Below the pieces are notes generated by a model. It had not been told where the DNA came from, made no database searches, and worked only from the letters and a program-made list of their open reading frames with translations. 64,000 nucleotides of DNA from a bacterium (GTDB taxonomy: Bacteria; JADJOY01), in contig JAXLQJ010000045.1 of the NCBI GenBank assembly GCA_046331705.1, positions 1 to 64,000 of the forward strand. Direction: 5' to 3'. The position numbers were made by a program, and so were the translations under genes. Positions 20,333 through 30,154 of this stretch are shown here, one piece after another; within the stretch, counting starts at the first letter, position 1, and every line of letters starts with the position of its first letter.

Positions 20333-21190
20333 ATGAAGCCCAACGTCATCGACGTATCCGAGACCACGTTCGAAGCGGAGGTGGTCACGCGTTCCTTCCA
20401 GGTTCCCGTGCTGGTCGACTTCTGGGCGCCGTGGTGCGGCCCGTGCCGCGCGCTGACCCCCACGCTCGAGGACCTCGCCGAGAAGGGCGCCGGCGCATGG
20501 GTGCTGGCGAAGGTGAACTCCGACGAGAACCCGGGGCTCGCCGAGCGCTTCGGGGTGCGCGGCATCCCGAACGTGAAGGCGTTTCGCGACGGGGTGCTCG
20601 TCGACGAGTTCACGGGAGCGCTGCCGCGCGCGGCGGTGGAGCGCTTCCTGGAGCAGCTGCTCCCGAGCGAGCTCGATGGGCGGGTGACGGAGGCGGTCGC
20701 GGCCCTCGAACGCGGTGAGCTGGCAGCGGCGCGCACCTCGCTCGAATCCGTTCTCGCCACCCGGCCCGATCACGACGGTGCCGTGCTGGCGCTCGCCAAG
20801 CTCGAGCTCGACGAAGGCCATCCCCAGCGCACGCTCGAGCTCGTCAAGCGCTTGCCGGACAGCGGGCCGGCCGGTGCGGCGGTGCGGCTGCTGCGCGCCC
20901 AAGCGCGGTTCGCGACGGCGCCGTCCGACGAGAGCATCGACTCGCTCGCGGCGCGGGTCGCCGCCGATCCCAAGGACCTCGACGCGCGCTTCGCGCTCGC
21001 AGAGGTCGCGGCGCGCGACGGCGACCTCGATCGTGCCGCGGAGGAGTTGCTCGGGATCCTCGCGCGAAAGCGCGATTACCGAAGCGGCGAAGGGCGGCTC
21101 GCGTTCCTCGACGTGCTCGAGCTCATGGGCGCGCACGAGCCACGCACCGAGCGATACCGCAGCCGGCTCTCGATGATCCTGTTCTCGTGA
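20333..21190 (+). CDS. ybbN: Thioredoxin domain plus TPR (YbbN/CnoX-like)
   Basis: VLVDFWAPWCGPC, FGVRGIP, a helical TPR region and C-terminal YRSRLSMILF. Confidence 0.9.
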   Translation: MKPNVIDVSETTFEAEVVTRSFQVPVLVDFWAPWCGPCRALTPTLEDLAEKGAGAWVLAKVNSDENPGLAERFGVRGIPNVKAFRDGVLVDEFTGALPRAAVERFLEQLLPSELDGRVTEAVAALERGELAAARTSLESVLATRPDHDGAVLALAKLELDEGHPQRTLELVKRLPDSGPAGAAVRLLRAQARFATAPSDESIDSLAARVAADPKDLDARFALAEVAARDGDLDRAAEELLGILARKRDYRSGEGRLAFLDVLELMGAHEPRTERYRSRLSMILFS

Positions 21191-21220
21191 GCGCGCGCCA
21201 CCGTGGCCGGCGCGCGTGGC

Positions 21221-21676
21221 TCACCCGCCGCGGAGCTTGCCCGCCAAGCGGAAGATCCGCACCGGCGTTCCCGTGTACACGCCCTGACCGCAGTACGCGG
21301 CGAGGCTGCCCGCGAGCGCGGGATCGTCGCCGCGACGCGACAGGCTGAGCGCCAGCGAGATGGGGCGAGCGCCGCACGGCCCACTCGGGATGGCCGGGGC
21401 GTCGAGTCCCGCCGTGTAGAGCCGCGCGTGAGCCTCGGGGAACTCCTCGATCCTGCCGATGCCGTCGTAGCGATGCCCGACCTCCAGCAGATCGAATCCC
21501 GCCTCCGGCACGAACGCCACCTCGAGGTTCGGGCCTTCGCGCTCCACGTCCACCGTGGCCCGGTAGCGGATCTCGAGGCTCAGGTCGAAGACCAGGTGCT
21601 CCCGCGCTGCCGACTTCTCGTCACTGGAACAGGCCGCGCCGGTCGCGAGCACCAGCAGGACGAGCGCCCTCGTCAT
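21221..21676 (-). CDS. Hypothetical lipoprotein
   Basis: Lipobox-like leader MTRALVLLVLATGAAC; beta-rich body. Confidence 0.65.
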   Translation of the reverse strand: MTRALVLLVLATGAACSSDEKSAAREHLVFDLSLEIRYRATVDVEREGPNLEVAFVPEAGFDLLEVGHRYDGIGRIEEFPEAHARLYTAGLDAPAIPSGPCGARPISLALSLSRRGDDPALAGSLAAYCGQGVYTGTPVRIFRLAGKLRGG

Positions 21677-21786
21677 CGTCGTCGCGCATCCGTTCGCCAC
21701 CGCTCGAGCCTCCTTGACCCCCTCGCACCTGGTTCTTAGCATGAAGCGAAACGGCGGCGTGGCGCCCGCAGCGTGAGGACATCGAC

Positions 21787-22029
21787 ATGCCGATTCGCGA
21801 ATACCAATGCAGCTCCTGTGAGACCCGCTTCGAGCAGATCGAGCTTTCCGCGAGCCCGCCCAAGCCGGTCTGCCCCTCGTGCGGAACGACCTCGGTCGCC
21901 AAGCTCTTCTCCGCCTTCGCCGTGGGCTCCGACGCCGGCAGCTCCGCGCGCATGGCCGCGAGCGAGAGTGGACCGTGCGGCTCGTGCGGTGCCGCCCAGC
22001 GGGGCGCCTGCGGGATGGACGTGAACTGA
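21787..22029 (+). CDS. FmdB family zinc-ribbon protein
   Basis: MPIREYQCSSCETRFE...CPSCG...KLFS, plus a C-terminal CGSC...C; GAGG RBS. Confidence 0.9.
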   Translation: MPIREYQCSSCETRFEQIELSASPPKPVCPSCGTTSVAKLFSAFAVGSDAGSSARMAASESGPCGSCGAAQRGACGMDVN

Positions 22030-22126
22030 GCGTTCCCCGAGAGGCCGTCGAGCTCGCCTCCCGGCAGCGTCGCGGGGTCCGTCCCGCGGCCCCGCGGTCC
22101 CGCGGAGCGCACCGACGTGGGCGCGC

Positions 22127-22921
22127 TCATGCGGGTGAATCGTCTGCGATCTCGGCGACGATCGCGGAGAGCGCGCGAAAGCCGTCCAGCAGCCGTGGGC
22201 TCGGCCTCCCGAGATACGCCTCGCTGACGCAGTAGATTCGGCCGCGCTCGAGCGCCGCGAGGCCGGCCCAGCCCGCGCGTCGCGCGACCACCGCGGGTCG
22301 ATACTTCTCGGCGCGCACCCCGCACCACGCGATCACCACGGCGTCGGGCCGCGCCTCGCGCACCTCGTCGTCGCGCACAGGGCGGCTCTTCATCGCCTCG
22401 TGGCCCCATGGATTGGTGCCCCCGGCGCGTTCGATCAGCTCGGTGACCCAGCTCAGTCGACCGGGCACGATCACCGGCTTCGGCCACCACTCGACCAGGA
22501 TGCGCGGACGCCGCGCGTGCGGAATGCGCCGTGCGCGGGCCGGTGGGTCGAGCTCCGCCCGCATCGCGGCGATCAGCCGCTCGCCGCGCTCGGCCACTCC
22601 CAGCCAGCCGGCGATGGCCCGCACGTCGCGGTAGACGTGGTCGATGCACACGGGCTCGGGCGCCTCCACCCGCAAACCCGCCGCGCGCAAGCTCGCCACG
22701 ACCTGCTCGTGCCCGGGGACGGTATACGACGCGATCACCAGGTCGGGCTCGAGCGCCGCGACCTTGGCGGGGTCGACTCCCAGATCCGGCCCGACCCGCG
22801 GCAGGCGCTCGACCACCTCGGGTGGGAAGTCGGAATGATCGTCGACGCCGACCAGCAGCTCCGCGCAACCGAGCGCGCACACGATCTCGGTGTTCGAGCA
22901 CGTGGTGGTGACGACGCGCAC
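22127..22921 (-). CDS. Helical-backbone metal/cobalamin-binding protein (BtuF-like), no signal peptide
   Basis: SNTEIVCALG, LVGVDDHSDFP, ALEPDLVI, ELIERAGG and RPSPRL motifs. Confidence 0.85.
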   Translation of the reverse strand: MRVVTTTCSNTEIVCALGCAELLVGVDDHSDFPPEVVERLPRVGPDLGVDPAKVAALEPDLVIASYTVPGHEQVVASLRAAGLRVEAPEPVCIDHVYRDVRAIAGWLGVAERGERLIAAMRAELDPPARARRIPHARRPRILVEWWPKPVIVPGRLSWVTELIERAGGTNPWGHEAMKSRPVRDDEVREARPDAVVIAWCGVRAEKYRPAVVARRAGWAGLAALERGRIYCVSEAYLGRPSPRLLDGFRALSAIVAEIADDSPA

Positions 22922-22934
22922 CGCTGGCTCCGGA

Positions 22935-24755
22935 TCAGCGCGTCGCAGTGGGGCGGACGTTCAATCGATCCGCCTCGGCGAGCGCCGACTCGGCCGAGCC
23001 ATCGACCACCACGAACGACCACCGCACCGGGCGATCGGCCGGCGCCGTGTCGTCGCCGAACACCACGTCGGCCGAGTCGCGCCGCACGGTGGCGGCGACG
23101 TGCACCAGCGCCTGGTCCGCGACGAGATAACGGTTCCCCCCCAACCCGATCAGGCCGTTGGCGAGGGCGAGCTGGAAGTGGTCGAACTCGAACGCCTCGC
23201 GCGGCAGCGAGTCGAGCGTGTCCTCGGCGAGGCCCGGCGAGTAGACGAGCGCGCCGGCCTCGCCTGGGAACCGGACCTCGATGGACCGTTGGCCAGCATC
23301 CGCGGACGCGCCGAGATCGAACGTCACCCGGCTCGCCCCCGAGGGCTCTCGCGTCCACGACTCGCCCACCGTGCGTCCGGGCGCGGTGACCACAGCGGCG
23401 AGCACCGCGGGGATGGGCGTGGGCGCGGCGGCGGACGGCGCGGACGAGACGGTGCCTGCGGCGACGTCGATCGCGACGCGCTTCAGCCCCAGCCGCTGGG
23501 CGGCATCGCGGATCACCGCGCGCGCGACCCGCAGCGCCTCGGTGGCGTGCGCGATCCCGAACTCGATCTCCCCGCGATAGGGATTGATCCCCGACGAGTC
23601 GCTGACCTCCGCGAGGGCGAGCAGACGCCAAGCACCGTCCAGCGCGACCCGGCCGCTCGAGCCAGCCGTGGCGATGCCGGCCACGTCGGCCGCCGTCTCG
23701 GCGGCGACGAGCTCGCGCTGGGCGATCGCCTGGAGCGTGCGCACCTCGTTGTCGCGCTCGGCGCCTGCCCACAGCCCCACCCCGCCGAGCCAGCGCTTGA
23801 TCCCGTCCGTGCTCTGCGGCTGCCAGGTGCCATCGAGGAGCGGCGGCGGCTCGGCGACCGGCACCGCGAGCTCGTCGAGCGCCGACGCGTACCGGCTCAC
23901 GGTGGTGATCGCGTAGCCCGCGGCCTCGAGGGTCGCGAGCTCGCGCTCGTATGCGGCGATCGCGGCGGGATCGTGCACGAAGATCGGCGGGAAGTACGGA
24001 TCGATGTGATTGGTGGCAAGCAGCTCGCCGTCGTCGAGGAAGGTCCACGTCACGTCGACGGGGCCACCTGCGCCGCGGTAGCTCAGGTCGCGGCCGCCGA
24101 CCGTGAGCCGCACGTCGTCTCGGCCCCCGAAGCGGAAGTGCGGCGCCACCGGCGCATCGCCGTGCTGGTACCTCCAGAGATTCGTGGGCCAGATCATCGT
24201 GCGGTAGCCGCGCTCGCTCATGGCCCGCGCCATCCCCACTCCGGCCTGGCCTTCCTGACAGAACACGGACGTGGCGAGCGGCACGCCGGTGCGCTCGAAG
24301 ACCGCGCGCGTGAGCTCTTGCGAGCGGCGCCACGCCTCGCTCGGGAACGCCAGGAAGAGCTGGTCCGAGTAGTGGAAGCTCACGACCTCGATCTGGCCGC
24401 TCACGGCGAGCCGCCGCAGCTTGTCGAGGACCCGCGGATGGCGCGCTTCGAGCACCTCGAGGAAGAGGCCTTGCAGCTCGATGTCGGTGCCCCACGTCGG
24501 GTGGGCGAGGAAGAGATCGAGCACCGGCTCGAAGCTCTCGCGGACGATCGCGTCCTCGACCGCCTGCTCGTCGAGCTCCCACGCTGCGAGCGGCTCGGCC
24601 GTGGGCAGGAACCCGATCAACCCGCCGACCACGTACTGGATGTTGAAGTGGAAGACCCCGAGGGCGAACTTGCGCGGCGGCTCGGCGTGCGCCACCGCCG
24701 CCGTCGCGAGCCACAGCGCGACCAGCACCGAGCGCGCGCGACGGCGAGCGCTCAC
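22935..24755 (-). CDS. Exported GH57-like glycoside hydrolase
   Basis: Signal peptide; FHFNIQY (CSR-1-like), SGQIEVVSFHY, FCQEG (nucleophile-like Glu) and DDGEL. GTGA overlap with the upstream stop. Confidence 0.65.
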   Translation of the reverse strand: MSARRRARSVLVALWLATAAVAHAEPPRKFALGVFHFNIQYVVGGLIGFLPTAEPLAAWELDEQAVEDAIVRESFEPVLDLFLAHPTWGTDIELQGLFLEVLEARHPRVLDKLRRLAVSGQIEVVSFHYSDQLFLAFPSEAWRRSQELTRAVFERTGVPLATSVFCQEGQAGVGMARAMSERGYRTMIWPTNLWRYQHGDAPVAPHFRFGGRDDVRLTVGGRDLSYRGAGGPVDVTWTFLDDGELLATNHIDPYFPPIFVHDPAAIAAYERELATLEAAGYAITTVSRYASALDELAVPVAEPPPLLDGTWQPQSTDGIKRWLGGVGLWAGAERDNEVRTLQAIAQRELVAAETAADVAGIATAGSSGRVALDGAWRLLALAEVSDSSGINPYRGEIEFGIAHATEALRVARAVIRDAAQRLGLKRVAIDVAAGTVSSAPSAAAPTPIPAVLAAVVTAPGRTVGESWTREPSGASRVTFDLGASADAGQRSIEVRFPGEAGALVYSPGLAEDTLDSLPREAFEFDHFQLALANGLIGLGGNRYLVADQALVHVAATVRRDSADVVFGDDTAPADRPVRWSFVVVDGSAESALAEADRLNVRPTATR

Positions 24756-26101
24756 CGCGCGGGCTCCGCGCCCACCGCGCGAGCCTCCGCGACGACGCTG
24801 GCACGGATGCGCTCGATGACGCCGGTGGTCGAGTGGCCGGGCACGAACTCGGCGATCACGACCTTGCCGCCCCGCGCCTTCACCACGTCCGCGCCCACGA
24901 CGTTCTCGGGCTTCCAATCACCGCCCTTCACCAGCACGTCGGGCTGCACGGCGCGGATCAGCTCGAGCGGAGTCGGCTCGTCGAAGAGCACCACGTAGTC
25001 GACGCACCGGAGCGACGCCAGGATCGCCGCTCGGTCCTGCTCACCCTGCACCGGCCGATCGTCGCCCTTGCCGAGTCGCCGCACCGAGGCGTCCGTGTTG
25101 AGCCCCACGCACAGCGCGTCCCCGAGCCGGCGCGCATCCTCCAGGTAGCGAACGTGGCCCAGGTGCAGGATGTCGAAGCAGCCGTTGGTGAACACCAGCG
25201 TCCGACCCTGCGCGTGCAGGTGCACGCTCTCGCGAGCCATCTCGTCGCGCGTCAAGATCCTGCCGAGCACGGGCACGGCGGCCTCCTCCTCGGGCATGCG
25301 GGCGAGCGGCGCGGTGGCGATCGCCTCGGCGTAGGCCGCCGGCGCGCGGCGCCGCGCCAGCGGCCGGGCGCGGCGGATCTCGTTGACCGCGTCCAGGTCG
25401 ATGGCGGCAGCCACGATCTCGTCGTCGGTGCCGCCCTGGGCGAGCATCGCGCCGCCCGGCCCGATGACCACCGAGCCACCGCGCGGCGTGTCCCCGGGAC
25501 GCGCGGTCGAGCCGCTCGCGGCCACCACGAAGCACTGGCTCTCGATCGCGCGCGCGGTGAGCAGCGCGCGCGCCGTGTCCGCCTCGTCGATCCGCCATGC
25601 GGCGCACACCGCGAGCAGCCGAGCGCGCTCCAACGCCAAGGCCACGGCCTGCTCGGGAAACTCGACGTCGGCGCCCACCAGCACGCCGACCTTGGCGCGG
25701 CTGGTCTGGATGGAGAGAATCGTGTCGCCGGTGCTGACGAGCCCGACGTCGTCCGCGGTGCGATGGACGCGGCGATAGCTGCCCGCGTCGCGCCCGTCGA
25801 CGTCCACGACGTGCGCCTGGTCGAAGAATCGCCCGCCCTCGTTGGCCAGCGACGATCCGATCACGATCATGCGGTGCTGGCGCGCGGCTCGCCGCAGCGC
25901 CGACACCGCCACCGCGCTGCGCTCGGCTTCCAGCCGCGGCCGCAGGTGTTGCCCACCCGTGGTCCAGAACGCGGGCAGCACCGCGAGCTCCACACCACGC
26001 TCCGCCGCCTCGGCCAGACGCGCGAGCGCCAGCTCGCAGTTGGCTTCCACGAGGCCAGGCCGAACGGGAAATTGGATCGCGGCGGCGACGAGCGTGGCCA
26101 A
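24752..26101 (-). CDS. rfaE2: Fusion of a degenerate carbon-nitrogen hydrolase domain and D-glycero-beta-D-manno-heptose 1-phosphate adenylyltransferase
   Basis: C-terminal FTNGCFDILHLGHVRYL, GLNTDASV, PDVLVKGGDW and STT. N-terminal nitrilase-fold motifs (AAIQ, ARAIESQCFVV, GGSVVIGPGG). Confidence 0.88.
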   Translation of the reverse strand: MATLVAAAIQFPVRPGLVEANCELALARLAEAAERGVELAVLPAFWTTGGQHLRPRLEAERSAVAVSALRRAARQHRMIVIGSSLANEGGRFFDQAHVVDVDGRDAGSYRRVHRTADDVGLVSTGDTILSIQTSRAKVGVLVGADVEFPEQAVALALERARLLAVCAAWRIDEADTARALLTARAIESQCFVVAASGSTARPGDTPRGGSVVIGPGGAMLAQGGTDDEIVAAAIDLDAVNEIRRARPLARRRAPAAYAEAIATAPLARMPEEEAAVPVLGRILTRDEMARESVHLHAQGRTLVFTNGCFDILHLGHVRYLEDARRLGDALCVGLNTDASVRRLGKGDDRPVQGEQDRAAILASLRCVDYVVLFDEPTPLELIRAVQPDVLVKGGDWKPENVVGADVVKARGGKVVIAEFVPGHSTTGVIERIRASVVAEARAVGAEPAR

Positions 26102-26190
26102 GATGCCATCCGGGGCGGTCCGACAGGCGTCGCGATTCTACAGGAAGAACCGCGGATCTCCGGAACCGATCGCCCGCGCGACGCGGCGAT

Positions 26191-27222
<1,032 letters not shown>

Positions 27223-27294
27223 GGGCGGGACCTCCGCGAGCGCGTCACCGAAACGGGCCCGCGCCCGGCACCGCGGGCGCGGCGACGTGCGAGC

Positions 27295-27921
27295 TCAGGC
27301 GTGTTCGAGCACCACGCCTTCGATGATGTTGGCCACGTCCTCGCAGCGGTCGGTGGCGGTCTCGAGCGTCTCGTAGATCTCCTTCCACTTGATGACGTGG
27401 ATGGGATCGTCCTTGTGCTCCTTGAAGAGCTTGGCCACGGCGCTGCGCAGGATCGCGTCCGCCTCGTTCTCGAGGCGATTCACGTCCACACAGTTCTTGA
27501 GCACCTCGCCGGCGTTCTTCATGTCGCGCAGCCCCGAGACCGCCTGCGCGATCTGCCCGCACGCGCGCAGCAGCACGTCGGCCAGGTCACGGACCTCGCT
27601 CGGCATCTCGGTGAGCTCGTAGAGGGCGATGCGCTCGGAAGCGGCCTCGACGAAGTCCATCACGTCGTCCATCCGCGTGATGAGTCGATGGATGTCGTCT
27701 CGCTCGATGGGCGTGATGAACGTCTTGTGGAGCGCCTCGACGCATTGGTGCGTGATGCGGTCGGTCGCTTCCTCGATTTCCTTGATGCGCTTGGCCTTCG
27801 CCGGGATGTTGGCCCCGGTCGCGACCAGCGACAGGAACTCCTTGCAGCCATCGACGGTGAGTGCCGCATGCTGCTCGAAGAGCTCGAAGAATCGGCTCTC
27901 GCGGGGAAGTAGACGGAACAT
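27295..27921 (-). CDS. DUF47 family phosphate transport regulator (PhoU-like)
   Basis: LHKTFITPIERDDI, LENEAD and IKWKEIYETLETATDRCED; directly upstream of pit. Confidence 0.93.
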   Translation of the reverse strand: MFRLLPRESRFFELFEQHAALTVDGCKEFLSLVATGANIPAKAKRIKEIEEATDRITHQCVEALHKTFITPIERDDIHRLITRMDDVMDFVEAASERIALYELTEMPSEVRDLADVLLRACGQIAQAVSGLRDMKNAGEVLKNCVDVNRLENEADAILRSAVAKLFKEHKDDPIHVIKWKEIYETLETATDRCEDVANIIEGVVLEHA

Positions 27922-27984
27922 GGGCCCTCCCGATGGTGCGGGGCCGGAGGACTACCACGCGCGTCGGCGCGAGGAAACCGCCAC

Positions 27985-28011
27985 GTGACGCGGGGGCGAC
28001 GCCCACGTGAC
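27985..28011 (-). promoter_or_regulatory. Putative Pho box (three 11-bp direct-repeat units)
   Basis: Minus strand GTCACgtgggc-GTCGCccccgc-GTCAC with exact 11-bp period, about 65 bp upstream of the DUF47-pit operon. Confidence 0.65.
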
Positions 28012-28051
28012 GGACGCCCGCGGCGCGGCGCGCCGCCCGCAGCGACCGGCG

Positions 28052-30154
28052 TCAGCCGCGATCGGACGAAGACGGCGTCCCGGGCTCGCGCACCAGCTTG
28101 AACGTGAGCCCCGCGAGCGCCAGGACACTCACGCCCAGCGCCACCCAGAGCACCGCCGTACGCCCCGAGTTGGTCGAGAGCGCCGAGGGGCGCCGGTAGC
28201 GGGGGTTGGGTTCGAGGCGACCGGCCCGGACTTCCGCCACCGGCAATCCCACCGCCAGCTCGCGGGCGGAAGCGAGCTCGTAATGCGGCGCCGTGGCGGC
28301 GGTATTGCCGACGAGCCCCCGGTAAAGCCCGGGCTGGGCCGGGAAGAGCACGCGTCGAGTGGCGAGGGCGAGCGTCACGCTCGTGGGTGTGAGCGGCGGA
28401 TCGTCGCCATCCTCGATCTCGAGGATCAGGCTCGCGACCCGCGGCGCGCCGCCGAGCTCGATTCGAAACGGCGCGCCGGCCGTCCTGCGCTCGAGGCGCG
28501 TGCTGGCGAGGACCCGCTCGCTTGGATGCGCGCGAGCTTCGAGCACCCGGGCGTTGCGCGCGAAGAATCCTTCCTGGAACTGGACCTCGATCGCCGCCAC
28601 CGGCACCGCGCCAGCGGGCGCATCGAGATGGAAGTGGCTGCGGTGGGGCGGCGCGTGCGCGGCGTCGCGCCGGGGCGTCACGGCGAGCGACACGGCCACC
28701 CGTGGCTCGTCGAGCAGCGATGCGATCTGCCGATCCTGCTCGTCGACGATCCGCACGTCCGCCAGGTCCGCGCGCGCCGCGGCGAGGTCCGCGGCGTCGA
28801 GCGTCCACTCGGCGAGCCCCTCGGGCGTGGGACCGACCTCGAGCGCTCGCTCGTGCGACCACGTCGCGACGTCGAGCGGCGCGCCCGCGCGCAAGGCGAA
28901 GGCCATGGCCGGCTCGGCGCGGTAGAGCGGATTCGACTCCGATCCCTCCAGACGAGCGCTCGAGAGCGCCGTCCACCACCGCGACGGCGGCACGGGGGCC
29001 GCCGCTGCGGGCTCGTCGTTCGGCACGGGCCGCGGCGCGATCGCCTGGAACGAGTCGAGTGCCCGGTGCGAGGGCAAGGTGACGCGACCGCCGCCCCAGT
29101 AGAGGTGCGCGACGATCCCCGGAGTCGGCGTCAGCACCACGCTCGGAAGCGTCACCTCGGCGAAGGCGCGTAACTCGTCGAGCGATCCCTCGCCCGCATC
29201 GTCGATCTCGACGTAGAGGTCCCCGGTCGCGCAAGCGCACCGTGCCAGCTCGACGGTGAGCGCCTCGATCGCCGAGCCGGGGGCGCGCGCGATCACGCCG
29301 CGGCCGAGCTCGGTGCCGCCCACGTCCCGCACCCGCACCTCGCGTACGAAAGCACGGCTGGTGGTCGCGAGTCGCAAGCGCGCCGGCCGGATCGCGGCGG
29401 GACGCTCGAGATCGAGCACCGTGACCCGGTCGTCGGTGCGCGTCGCGAGGACCGAGAGCTCGATCTCGCCGCGCTCGGACTGGATCAGGTCGGCGCGCTC
29501 GAGGGTGACCCGGGCGGGCGCGATCCAGCCGCCCTGCTCGATCCGGATCTCGACGGCGAGCCGCGCGGCATGCGTCGGGGGCACCGGGATCGACGCGGTC
29601 TGCGCCTCGGCCACCGCCAGCCCGGCTCGCCCGGGCAAGCGAAACAACGGCGCGTCGTGGGCGAGCTCGCGAGGCGCCGCCGCCTCCGAGAGATCCCAGA
29701 CGGAAGCGCGCGCCACCACCAAGTCGCCCGGCGCGAGCTGGAACACCAGCCGATCGAAGCCGAAGCCCGGCGGCGCCACCGCCAGCTCCAGCCGCTCGCG
29801 GCGCGGGCGGCCGTCCGCGTCCGTCTCGCGATCCACCGCCGCGAGGGTGACGGGCGCCGAGCGCGCGATCGTCTCGCGGGCGTGGGGGTCCTCGGCGGGT
29901 GCGAGCGCGAACGGCACGAAGCGGCCCTGATCGTCGATCACCCGCAGGTCGGCGAGGTCCCCACGGGTCTCGGCGAGCACCGCCGCCGGCAACGTCACCC
30001 GCACCATCGGCGCGTCGGCGACGGCGGGCTCGACTCGCGCGCGGCGCGGGAACACGGCGCGCGGCTCCACCTCCGCGGCGCTCGCCCGCCACGCCTGCGA
30101 CGTCACCGTGACCAGCGCCAGCGCGGTCACGAGCCGCCGACCGAAGCAGCTCAC
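28052..30154 (-). CDS. DUF3999-like exported protein with C-terminal TM anchor
   Basis: Signal peptide; duplicated DLADLRVIDDQG / DLADVRIVDEQD; LVGN..A.APHYEL; C-terminal TM; GTGA-coupled to the DUF2339 gene. Confidence 0.7.
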   Translation of the reverse strand: MSCFGRRLVTALALVTVTSQAWRASAAEVEPRAVFPRRARVEPAVADAPMVRVTLPAAVLAETRGDLADLRVIDDQGRFVPFALAPAEDPHARETIARSAPVTLAAVDRETDADGRPRRERLELAVAPPGFGFDRLVFQLAPGDLVVARASVWDLSEAAAPRELAHDAPLFRLPGRAGLAVAEAQTASIPVPPTHAARLAVEIRIEQGGWIAPARVTLERADLIQSERGEIELSVLATRTDDRVTVLDLERPAAIRPARLRLATTSRAFVREVRVRDVGGTELGRGVIARAPGSAIEALTVELARCACATGDLYVEIDDAGEGSLDELRAFAEVTLPSVVLTPTPGIVAHLYWGGGRVTLPSHRALDSFQAIAPRPVPNDEPAAAAPVPPSRWWTALSSARLEGSESNPLYRAEPAMAFALRAGAPLDVATWSHERALEVGPTPEGLAEWTLDAADLAAARADLADVRIVDEQDRQIASLLDEPRVAVSLAVTPRRDAAHAPPHRSHFHLDAPAGAVPVAAIEVQFQEGFFARNARVLEARAHPSERVLASTRLERRTAGAPFRIELGGAPRVASLILEIEDGDDPPLTPTSVTLALATRRVLFPAQPGLYRGLVGNTAATAPHYELASARELAVGLPVAEVRAGRLEPNPRYRRPSALSTNSGRTAVLWVALGVSVLALAGLTFKLVREPGTPSSSDRG

